The notes beneath the pieces were generated by a model, which was not told the DNA's origin, ran no database searches, and saw only the letters and a list, made by a program, of their open reading frames with translations. From positions 1 to 46,683 of the forward strand of contig JBBINP010000002.1 in NCBI GenBank assembly GCA_037443825.1: a stretch of DNA of 46,683 nucleotides, read 5' to 3'. Numbering within the stretch: the first letter of the stretch is position 1; each line of letters opens with the position of its first letter. A program made the translations under genes and the position numbers. The DNA is from Candidatus Moraniibacteriota bacterium (lineage in GTDB: Bacteria; Patescibacteriota; Minisyncoccia; Moranbacterales; JBBINP01). Positions 17,147 through 25,455 of the stretch are shown here, piece after piece.

Positions 17147-17527
17147 TTAAATCAATTTTTTTAATTTTATGTCATAAAGCGTTTTTTTGATTTGTTCTTC
17201 AACCTTATTCCAAACCAAGCTGGCGGAGCATTTTTTTGCGACTCGGCAAAAACGGCACCCGCGGGGATTAATCGGTCCTTCCAGCGTCTCAACTATTTCT
17301 CCTATTTTTATTGATTCTGGTTTTTTGGCCAAAACATATCCCCCGCTCTTGCCTTTTTGGCTTATGACTAAATTATTTCTTCGCAATTTTCCCATCAAAC
17401 GTTCCAGATATTTTGAAGAAATTTTTTCTTTTTTGGAAATTTGGCTGACACTTTTCTGTTTTGGAAAAGCGGCGGCCAAATTAACCATGGCCTTGAGCCC
17501 GTATTCGGCGCGAGTAGAAAATTTCAT
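17147..17527 (-). CDS. iscR: Rrf2-family transcriptional regulator (IscR-like)
   Basis: MKFSTRAEYGLKAMVNLA wHTH N-terminus, GKSGGYVLAKKP, and a Cys cluster CRFCRVAKKC. It is the first gene of the isc operon. Confidence 0.82.
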   Translation of the reverse strand: MKFSTRAEYGLKAMVNLAAAFPKQKSVSQISKKEKISSKYLERLMGKLRRNNLVISQKGKSGGYVLAKKPESIKIGEIVETLEGPINPRGCRFCRVAKKCSASLVWNKVEEQIKKTLYDIKLKKLI

Positions 17528-17688
17528 TTTTAATTCCCGCAAATCACAGGCGAATTTGCAAATCTAAAACACGCTCATTTCGTGCGTTGTCCGCGCATTC
17601 GCAAAAAATCTGCGATTTACAATTAATTGGTCGCTTTTTTTACGCAATACTATCCCCTTTTTGATTTCCGGCACAGCCAAGTTTAAAT

Positions 17689-17705
17689 CATACTATTTTA
17701 GTATG
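17689..17705. promoter_or_regulatory. palindrome CATACTA-TTT-TAGTATG in the divergent iscR/kinase intergenic region; candidate operator
   Basis: Perfect 7-bp arms with a 3-nt spacer. The link to the Rrf2 regulator is a guess. Confidence 0.25.
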
Positions 17706-17824
17706 TTTTTAATATATCAATTTTGAAAAAATTGTCAACAGACGAAAATTGAACAGTGGAGTTTAAATTACATTCGCGCGTTAATCGGCGCGGAATCGTT
17801 TAAATTTGTGTATTTTCTCAAATA

Positions 17825-17833
17825 TGCTATATT
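17825..17833 (+). promoter_or_regulatory. extended -10 promoter element (TGcTATATT) upstream of the P-loop kinase gene
   Basis: TG-C-TATATT lies 27 nt upstream of the ATG at 17861. Confidence 0.4.
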
Positions 17834-17860
17834 TTATTTGTGTTAAAAACTGCCAACGCT

Positions 17861-18493
17861 ATGAAAATTATTTCCATTTCCGGTCTGGACGGATCCGGAA
17901 AATCAACTCAGGTTAAAATGCTAAAATCCTATCTTGCTTCGCTTGACAGGAAAGTTTTTTATTTCCATGCCGTGCAATTCGGCGTTGCCGAAAAAATATC
18001 TGAATTTAAAAAAAAATATTGCCTGATTTGCAGATTAATCGGCAGATGCAAAATTGGCGGCAAGGAGAAAAGCGTAACCCGGGCAAACTGGACGCAAATT
18101 CAGCTAAGAAAAATATTTTTAAAAATTGACGCCTGGCGTTTTGGGGGATTGTGCCAAAAATTGGAAAAAGGGAATTTTGATTATATTCTGAGCGACAGGT
18201 ATTTTTATGACACATTGATTAATATTCAATACTTATCCGGAAAAAAACTTCACGCCGGAAATATCCCAAAACAAAAATTCAGAAAACCCGATCTGGCGTT
18301 TTATCTCAACATAGAACCGGAAAATATTATGCAAAGAAAAAGAAAGCCCGATCAGGGCCTGGAATACCTGCGACACAAAAAAGCGCTTTATTCCAATTCC
18401 GCCAATAATTGGAATCTCATAACAATTGACGGAAATCGCGGACAAGAAGAAGTTTTTGAAGAAATAAAATCAATAATTGAAAAAGGCCGCTAG
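17861..18493 (+). CDS. P-loop nucleotide/nucleoside kinase, thymidylate-kinase-like
   Basis: ISISGLDGSGKSTQ Walker A and a DRY-type motif (LSDRYFYDT). It lacks the usual Tmk REPGGT segment and carries a Cys-containing insert, so the substrate is uncertain. Confidence 0.6.
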   Translation: MKIISISGLDGSGKSTQVKMLKSYLASLDRKVFYFHAVQFGVAEKISEFKKKYCLICRLIGRCKIGGKEKSVTRANWTQIQLRKIFLKIDAWRFGGLCQKLEKGNFDYILSDRYFYDTLINIQYLSGKKLHAGNIPKQKFRKPDLAFYLNIEPENIMQRKRKPDQGLEYLRHKKALYSNSANNWNLITIDGNRGQEEVFEEIKSIIEKGR

Positions 18494-18520
18494 CGAATCA
18501 CCAACGGCCTTTGTTTTTTT
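18482..18520. terminator. bidirectional intrinsic terminator between convergent genes
   Basis: AAAGGCCG (18482-18489) pairs with CGGCCTTT (18505-18512). GTTTTTTT follows on the plus strand and TTTT on the minus strand. Confidence 0.6.
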
Positions 18521-18540
18521 CATGTTTCTCGCGCAGTCTT

Positions 18541-18849
18541 TCACGCAGGCATTTTATTGAAAGAATAAGGTGTTTTTAATATTTTATCTGCGTTATAAAT
18601 ACTTATTCTAATTATTATCTCTAGGTCCTTTCTGATTATTTTTTTTATATATTTATAGTCGTTTATAATATCAATAACACCCTGATCCAGATAAACAGAC
18701 AAAGTGTTTTCCAAATTTTCTGATACCATATTCACCATATGACAATTTTTGTCAATAATGAGTCCAAAATCAAGATCTTCGCAGATATCTTGACATGTTT
18801 CAATAACAATTTCTCTTATTAAAGAACTTCTATCCACCAATGAACCCAT
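18541..18849 (-). CDS. hypothetical 102-aa protein (orphan)
   Basis: Strong Shine-Dalgarno: GAAGGAGGAAAAATG. The gene is very AT-rich. No family motif recognised. Confidence 0.55.
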   Translation of the reverse strand: MGSLVDRSSLIREIVIETCQDICEDLDFGLIIDKNCHMVNMVSENLENTLSVYLDQGVIDIINDYKYIKKIIRKDLEIIIRISIYNADKILKTPYSFNKMPA

Positions 18850-18937
18850 TTTTCCTCCTTCGTAAAAACAGATTTTTTATATTTTTGAAAATCTTTATTT
18901 AAAAGAATTCCGATAAATATAACTTAAAATCAAAATA

Positions 18938-20443
18938 ATGTCAAGTATCGCAAAATCAGCCATTTTAGTCAGTATTTCAGAAATAATGTTCAATTTATCT
19001 GGTTTTGTCATTCATGGATTTTTGGGACGCATTTTGGGTCCGGCTGATTACGGCCGCTACAGTTTGGTCATCACCTTGACCACTATGATTATTATTTTAA
19101 TCGGCAATGGCATTCCAACTGCTATGGCCAAATATCTGAGCGAGTGCTTTGAAACTGACAAACCTCTGGCGCGTTCCATAAAAAAACAAGCGATTTTTTT
19201 GCAAATCATTGTTATTGGAACGATAACCGCTGTTTTTTTCCTGCTTTCTCCCATCATTGCCGGACTTTTAAACGATGAAACACTCACTCCCCTTTTTCGT
19301 CTCTCCACGCTGATTATCCCCGCTTTCGCCGCCGCTTCATTTTATTTTTCCTATTATACCGGTCTTCACAAGTTCAATTTGCAAGCTGTTCTCAAAATCA
19401 TCCGTTCTTTTGTCCGCGTCGGATTTGTTGTCGGATTGGCTTATTTTTTCGGCGTCAAGGGATCAATTTGGGGTTACGTCATTGCGCCAACCATTGTGTT
19501 CCTGGCGGCGCTAACAATTGACAAAATAAAAATATCCAAAGAGTTTGATTTTTACAAATCCGATAAAAAGCCGCAAAAAAATTTTGACTGGAAAAAATTA
19601 ATAAACTACGCCTGGCAAATAGTGGTATTTTTTCTGGCTTATGAGTTATTGATCAGCATTGATCTTTATATGGTTAAAGCTCTGCTGCAAAATGATTATT
19701 TAACAGGTATTTATAACGCCGCACTGACAGTCGGACGAATTCCTTATTATATTTTTTACGCGATGACAATTTTTCTTTTACCGATGATATCCAAATCCAC
19801 TGCCCGCGACAACCGGACGGAAACAAAAAAAATTCTCGCTCAATCGTTGCGCGTCATCTTTCTTTTGCTTTTGCCGATGGTTATTTTGCTTTCCATTTTT
19901 GCCGGACAGTCCTTGGAATTTCTCTACGGTAAAAAATATGCCGGGGGCGCTTCAGCAATGTCCGTTCTGGTTTTTGGAGTTGGGTTTTTGACTCTTTTTT
20001 ATGTGATGAGTTTCGCCATGAACGGCGCAGGAAAAACCAAGATTTCCATGCTGATCGCGATGATCGGATTTGTCATCAACGGCATTTTGAATTACATTTT
20101 AATTCCCCTGCACGGAATCTTTGGCTCGGCTGTTGCCACTTCTATCGCTTCATCCATTACTATGTTTTTAATGCTTTATTTCCTTCATCGTGATTTTGAC
20201 GTCAGTTATGAAATAAAAAGCATCGTTCGCGCCATCGCTTCCGGTTGCATAATTTTTGTCATTTCGCTGTTCATTCAGTTGCCAAAAAAACTTTTTGTTT
20301 TTGAAGTGTTTCTTCTTTTTATTGTTTATTTCGGCATTCTTTATGTTTTGCGCGAAATTAAAAAAGAAGACATTATTGTTCTGCAAAATATAATCCGTCG
20401 CAAAAAAAACGGAGGATCGCAAAAAGAATTGCCCGTCAATTAG
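18938..20443 (+). CDS. MOP-superfamily polysaccharide/oligosaccharide flippase (Wzx-like)
   Basis: About 14 predicted TM helices. The N-terminal RILGPADYGRYSLVITL...GIPTAMAKYLSE is typical of the Polysacc_synt/Wzx family. Confidence 0.75.
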   Translation: MSSIAKSAILVSISEIMFNLSGFVIHGFLGRILGPADYGRYSLVITLTTMIIILIGNGIPTAMAKYLSECFETDKPLARSIKKQAIFLQIIVIGTITAVFFLLSPIIAGLLNDETLTPLFRLSTLIIPAFAAASFYFSYYTGLHKFNLQAVLKIIRSFVRVGFVVGLAYFFGVKGSIWGYVIAPTIVFLAALTIDKIKISKEFDFYKSDKKPQKNFDWKKLINYAWQIVVFFLAYELLISIDLYMVKALLQNDYLTGIYNAALTVGRIPYYIFYAMTIFLLPMISKSTARDNRTETKKILAQSLRVIFLLLLPMVILLSIFAGQSLEFLYGKKYAGGASAMSVLVFGVGFLTLFYVMSFAMNGAGKTKISMLIAMIGFVINGILNYILIPLHGIFGSAVATSIASSITMFLMLYFLHRDFDVSYEIKSIVRAIASGCIIFVISLFIQLPKKLFVFEVFLLFIVYFGILYVLREIKKEDIIVLQNIIRRKKNGGSQKELPVN

Positions 20444-20522
20444 CCGACGGCGTAAAATATGTTATAATTAAATGCGAAAACATTAAACAGCAAATTGTCT
20501 GTCTTTAACAGAAATAAAGAAA

Positions 20523-21929
20523 ATGAATCTAAATTTATCGTTGAAGTTGATTTTTTGCGCCATCCTCTTTTTTACACCCCCCTTTTTTGTTCAGGGAGAT
20601 AGTTATGATTTTTACGTAGACAAAAATTATGACGGCGAAGAAAGAGATGGCAGCGATAAAAAACCTTTCAAAACCATTGAAAAAGCTCTTGAAAAAGCAT
20701 CAGAAAATAAAAGAGATGCGCGCAAAATTTATGTCAAAAATGGAGAATATAAAGAATCTCTTGTTCTTGAAGAAGGCGTAAAAATTTATGGACAAAACAA
20801 AAACAAAACAATTATCAAACCTTCCTTGCAATTACAATTAAACGGAAATAACTTTTTAAAAAATCTTACTGTTTCCGGCGGAACATATGGAATAATGATA
20901 GTAAAGGGAGACGCTGAAATTGAAAATTGCATCGTTAAAAACGCCTCTGATGCGGGAATCAAAACGGGAGAAAACTTGTCATTTTTGGAAGTAAAAAATT
21001 CTATCATATTAAAAAATCGCAAAGGATTTTATGTCCAAAAAAACAGCCGGATTGAATTGTCCGGCAATCAGGTTTTTGATAATTTGGAAGAAGGCATTGA
21101 TATCCGGGAAAGAGTAATCGGATCAATAAAAAACAATAAAATTCACGGTAATGGCGAAGGAGGCATTGAAGTAGTTGTCGGCAGTGCCGACATCCTTATT
21201 TCCCGCAACGAAATCAGAAAAAATTCCGCCAGTGGCGTCTCGATTCAATTTTACAATGAAGCCAACAAGATCGGAAAAATTAAACTGTCCGGAAACACAG
21301 TATCCCATAACGGTGCTTATGGCATCCGGTGCAGCACTCCGAGCGGAGGCGACCCGTCATCTTCTTATTGGAGAGATTCGCTTGATTTGATTGTAAATAA
21401 AATTGAAAATAATAAAGGCAAGGCCATCAGCGGATCTTGCAGAATCATTCAGGCCGTAACAAACGATGAAGAAAAAACGAATATCGTGCAGGAATCAAAA
21501 AATTCAGCAATTGAAAGCCGCGAGGAAGAAGAAAGATTATTGAAAGAAATAGAAGAAAGAAGGATTATTGAAGAAAAAGAAAAAGAATTGAAAGAAAAAA
21601 TTACGGTTTTTCAGAAAAACATCAACGAAACAAATTTATTTATCGTCGACAGACAACAACAAATCAGCGACTCGGGGAAATTTAAAATATTTTTGGTTGG
21701 ATATGACACCCAAAAAATCAGAGAAATAAACCTTGAAACAGAAAAAAACAGACAGCAGCTTATTCAAATCAAAGAAAGCGTCTCGCTTTTGACTGATTAT
21801 GAGGAAAAACTGTCTTTTGAAGAATACGTAAAAAATCAGGAAGAAAACATCGGAAAAATAAATTTGTGGGTTGGGGAAAAAGAGCGAAAATTCAGTTTAT
21901 TTGGCTGGCTGGCAAAAATTTTCAATTAG
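20523..21929 (+). CDS. secreted right-handed parallel beta-helix repeat protein with a C-terminal coiled coil
   Basis: Signal peptide, then DG..KPFKTIEKAL...IYVKNGEYKE (DUF1565/pectate-lyase-fold N-cap). Repeated N.I..N...GI turns follow (NCIVKNASDAGI, NQVFDNLEEGI, NKIHGNGEGGI, NEIRKNSASGV, NTVSHNGAYGI). A Glu/Lys coiled coil spans about aa 330-450. Confidence 0.75.
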   Translation: MNLNLSLKLIFCAILFFTPPFFVQGDSYDFYVDKNYDGEERDGSDKKPFKTIEKALEKASENKRDARKIYVKNGEYKESLVLEEGVKIYGQNKNKTIIKPSLQLQLNGNNFLKNLTVSGGTYGIMIVKGDAEIENCIVKNASDAGIKTGENLSFLEVKNSIILKNRKGFYVQKNSRIELSGNQVFDNLEEGIDIRERVIGSIKNNKIHGNGEGGIEVVVGSADILISRNEIRKNSASGVSIQFYNEANKIGKIKLSGNTVSHNGAYGIRCSTPSGGDPSSSYWRDSLDLIVNKIENNKGKAISGSCRIIQAVTNDEEKTNIVQESKNSAIESREEEERLLKEIEERRIIEEKEKELKEKITVFQKNINETNLFIVDRQQQISDSGKFKIFLVGYDTQKIREINLETEKNRQQLIQIKESVSLLTDYEEKLSFEEYVKNQEENIGKINLWVGEKERKFSLFGWLAKIFN

Positions 21930-23460
21930 GCGCCGGATTGTTTTCCCAGCGATAAACGCTAACATCCCCCCTGACCGCCAGCGCATTTATTTTTTCAAGA
22001 TTTTTTTCAACGAATTTTTGCGCATCCTTGGCGATGTAATTCTCGTCGTTTTTGGAATAAACAAACCAGCCGGATGGATTTTCAGACATAATTTTTTGAA
22101 GATCCGCCAGTTTAAAATTTTCTTTGGACAATTCGCCGCCAAAATCAAAAGTTTTTACTTTTTCCCCGCTCCAATAATAATTACGGAAATTTCTTGTTAT
22201 CAAAACATCGTTTGAAAGACGGTGTTTTTTGAAATAAATAAAAACACTCCGGTAATTTGGATTTTCCGAATGGTAATTTTGTTGATAAGTATTGTTTTTC
22301 TGAAAAAAATAAGCGTAATTCGGCAAAAGCGCCGCCAGCAAAACAATAGTTACGACATAATATCTTCCTCCGGATTGTTTTAAATTTTTCCGAAAAAAAT
22401 CCGCGGCGGCGTATATTCCGGAAGCAATTAAAATTATCAAAAAGGATTTGGCAAAAAATAAATATTGTTCTCCTATATTTCTTCGCCAAAGAAAAATTGA
22501 CATCAAAAGCGGAACAAAAAATGACAATGCCAGCCATAAAGTTTCTTTGGTCAGTTGTTCTTTTTTTAATAAATGCCAAATTCCGGCCGCCAGTATCAGT
22601 ATTGCCATTAAAATTAAACTGTAATCATTGAAAGCGATTAAAAAATAATTCCAGTGATTTTCAAAAAACACCAACCCGCCCAAAAATATTTCAACAGATT
22701 CTGGTTTAAGCAACACAATCAAAACCAAACCAACAAACTTCAAAGCGGCCAAAGCCGCGTATTTGCTTTTAAATATTTTATTATTTTTATAGAATAACAA
22801 CGCTTGAACAAAGATGTATATTCCAGCAATAGGAACGATGTTCGCAGTCAACGGATGCAGGTGAAAACTTAAAACGGCCAAAATAGCGGCAGGAATGGCG
22901 TAAAAAAAATTCAACCCGCTGGCAGTTTTCAACATCCTAAAAAAATTATTTTTTCCCGCGTAATCGCTTTCCAGAAATTTAAAAAGCGTCCATGAAAAAA
23001 GCAAAAATACGGGAAAAAACATGGCATACATTCTAAAGTGCCGTCCGAAAGTTATGCCAGAAACGCTCACCGCAAACAGAAAAGCGCTCAAAAATCCAAT
23101 TTCATTTTTTTTTGTCAGATCGCGCGCCACCAAAAAAATAATCAAAATCGCCAAAACTCCCCACGCGGCGCTCACCGATCTCGCGACAGCTTCCGTTGGC
23201 GGAAAAAAATTGAAAAGTTGCGCGGCCTGCCAACGGTATATCCAGGCGCGTTCATCGCTGGCAACGTTTATTCTTTCCGCCGGATTTTCCAAATTAAAAT
23301 TCCACGCCTGCCAATCGCCCGTTTTGAAATATCCGTAACTCGCATTAATATCCAAAAATTCGTCCGCCACAAAAGACACTTCGCCGAGTTTATAAAAACG
23401 CAAAAAAGTTCCCAGAAAAACTATCAGCGCCAAAATAAGAATAATTTTTTTTCTGTCCAT
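21922..23460 (-). CDS. GT-C fold membrane glycosyltransferase (ArnT/PMT-like, GT39/GT83 type), paralog group A
   Basis: FLRFYKLGEVSFVADEF first-loop acidic motif and more than 10 TM helices, followed by a soluble C-terminal domain. The ATG at 23460 is preferred to the TTG at 23496. The 3' end overlaps the convergent beta-helix gene by 8 nt. Confidence 0.75.
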   Translation of the reverse strand: MDRKKIILILALIVFLGTFLRFYKLGEVSFVADEFLDINASYGYFKTGDWQAWNFNLENPAERINVASDERAWIYRWQAAQLFNFFPPTEAVARSVSAAWGVLAILIIFLVARDLTKKNEIGFLSAFLFAVSVSGITFGRHFRMYAMFFPVFLLFSWTLFKFLESDYAGKNNFFRMLKTASGLNFFYAIPAAILAVLSFHLHPLTANIVPIAGIYIFVQALLFYKNNKIFKSKYAALAALKFVGLVLIVLLKPESVEIFLGGLVFFENHWNYFLIAFNDYSLILMAILILAAGIWHLLKKEQLTKETLWLALSFFVPLLMSIFLWRRNIGEQYLFFAKSFLIILIASGIYAAADFFRKNLKQSGGRYYVVTIVLLAALLPNYAYFFQKNNTYQQNYHSENPNYRSVFIYFKKHRLSNDVLITRNFRNYYWSGEKVKTFDFGGELSKENFKLADLQKIMSENPSGWFVYSKNDENYIAKDAQKFVEKNLEKINALAVRGDVSVYRWENNPAPN

Positions 23461-23476
23461 ATTTTTTATATCATAA

Positions 23477-23510
23477 TTTTTCTCCAATTCTACCAAGAAT
23501 TGGAGAAAAA
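23477..23510 (-). other. perfect 14-bp stem-loop between two GT-C genes
   Basis: TTTTTCTCCAATTC (23477-23490), loop TACCAA, GAATTGGAGAAAAA (23497-23510). There is no clean U-tract on either strand beyond the stem itself. Confidence 0.6.
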
Positions 23511-23519
23511 TATATTTTT

Positions 23520-25295
23520 TTATAATTCTGCTTCATCGCCGATAATTTCATCCGGATTGCATTTATTGAAAATTTCATTCCAACGGCAGCGAACCGGCAC
23601 GCCGGGAGCGCTTATTGGTTTTTTTTCCGGCTCAAAAATTTGTTCGGGGACATTAACAGATTTCGTTTTCGGAGTCAAACGCACCAGTCTAAGCGTCCCA
23701 AAATCTCTTGACTCAAAAATAAAATAACGATCTGAATATTTATGAGCTATTTCTTCCGCCGTTTTGTCCGAAGGATAAATCAAAAAATAATTGCCGCGCG
23801 CGTAAACGTTTTTTCCGGTGTTACGAAAATCGTCGCGCGGAATATTTCTTTGTTCCAGATGATAAAGAAAAGCGCGCCGCCAAAACGCTTCGCTGTTGAC
23901 ATAAACCGGATATTTGTTCTGTTGATAAATTTTTTCAATATAATCAATAATTTTTAGTTGTTGCTCCAACGTCACTCTTTCGCGCTCCTTGATAATTTTA
24001 TCGCTTTCAATTTTAAAACTTTCCCGCGAGGCCGCCGCAAGCTCTGAAAATCTTTGATAAATCATCCAGCCGTTTGAAGCAACTATTGCCAAAAACAGCA
24101 GATATCCAACCAACAATATTTTTTTCTTTTCCGCGAATTCCAGCAATAATCCAAAAAAAACAAAAGCCAGTGGAGCAACCAAAAGAAAAAAGCGAGGTGC
24201 CAAATTATAGGCAATTGGAACAAATAACGCAAATGATGCCAAAAACCAAAGCGCGGAAATAATTAAAAAATCTCTTTGACGAGCTTCTTTGCGGGAAAAA
24301 AAATTTACAAAAAAAAGAACTACTCCGCTAATAATCAACAAAGCGGCTATCATGCCGGGTAAAATATTTTTTTTGCAATTTTTATCGCAAACAATGTCAA
24401 ATTTAAACGGCGCCGATTCCTTTACGACGGGCAACTCGGCTTTTTGGTAACCGGTTTGGATAATAAAATAACCTATGGCCGTTTCTCCGGCGTTTTTTAT
24501 TATTTTTTCAGTCAAAGAGTATTTGTCTCCGTCTTTTGCGGATTTTTTCACAAAAATCTTTTTGAATTCGCTGATATTGCCGCCACCTGTTTTTATGTCG
24601 TTGATGACTGGAGGAATATAGAAAAAAACAATCACTGCCGCCGCTAAAAGCCAAAATTTCCAATTAATATGCGGATGTTTGATTAAAAGAAACGCGCCGG
24701 CTATCAGCGGAAGCGCCAGAAAAGCAATGAAGTGCAATTGAGTGGCGATTGCCAGCGCGACAGCGGCGGCTACCAGCCACCAGCCACGTTTTTTTTCACC
24801 ATGATCAACCGCCCGTAATAAGGCGTATGAAGCGGCTAAAACAAAAAAAGGCAGGTTGTTCGGATTCCAGGCAAAACGGGAATACATAATCAAAAAAAGA
24901 GACACGGAAAACAAAAACAAAAGCATAAGTGAAATTTTTTGACTGAAATAGCGACGGACAAAAAAATAAAACAAAGGCAATGTAAGGCAGGAAAAAATCA
25001 AAGAAATTACCGCTATGCCATCCGGCGTATTGCCGAATATCTCAGCGCTGAAATATTCAAAATAATAAAAAACCGGCCCCAATCGCAAAAAAGAGCCGGC
25101 TGCCTTTGGTCCCAGAAGCGGCAAGTTGCCAATCCCCTCTTCTGCCGCCAAATTAACAATTCTTGCATCCCTTGCCTGATCCAGTTCAAAATGCAGCCAG
25201 TCGGAAAAATTAAAAACGCGCAAAAAAACGCCGACAGTGATAATGGCGACTGAAATAACAATCAAATATTTCTTTTTAACCAAAAAACCAACCAC
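23520..25295 (-). CDS. GT-C fold membrane glycosyltransferase (ArnT/PMT-like), paralog group B
   Basis: FLRVFNFSDWLHFELDQARDARIV...LLGPKAAGSFLRLGPVFYYFEYFSAEIFG. Polytopic. GTG start at 25295. Confidence 0.75.
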   Translation of the reverse strand: MVGFLVKKKYLIVISVAIITVGVFLRVFNFSDWLHFELDQARDARIVNLAAEEGIGNLPLLGPKAAGSFLRLGPVFYYFEYFSAEIFGNTPDGIAVISLIFSCLTLPLFYFFVRRYFSQKISLMLLFLFSVSLFLIMYSRFAWNPNNLPFFVLAASYALLRAVDHGEKKRGWWLVAAAVALAIATQLHFIAFLALPLIAGAFLLIKHPHINWKFWLLAAAVIVFFYIPPVINDIKTGGGNISEFKKIFVKKSAKDGDKYSLTEKIIKNAGETAIGYFIIQTGYQKAELPVVKESAPFKFDIVCDKNCKKNILPGMIAALLIISGVVLFFVNFFSRKEARQRDFLIISALWFLASFALFVPIAYNLAPRFFLLVAPLAFVFFGLLLEFAEKKKILLVGYLLFLAIVASNGWMIYQRFSELAAASRESFKIESDKIIKERERVTLEQQLKIIDYIEKIYQQNKYPVYVNSEAFWRRAFLYHLEQRNIPRDDFRNTGKNVYARGNYFLIYPSDKTAEEIAHKYSDRYFIFESRDFGTLRLVRLTPKTKSVNVPEQIFEPEKKPISAPGVPVRCRWNEIFNKCNPDEIIGDEAEL

Positions 25296-25455
25296 TTTAT
25301 TTTTTTAAAAAAATGGTTTAAAATTGACGATATTGGCAGTATAGCATAAATCAAAACAACTAAAAAGTTTTGCGAATGACACACCAAAAAGCCGATTATA
25401 GACATATTCATCCGAAAGCTTAATTTTATGCATAAATTTTACTCAAAAAGCGCAA

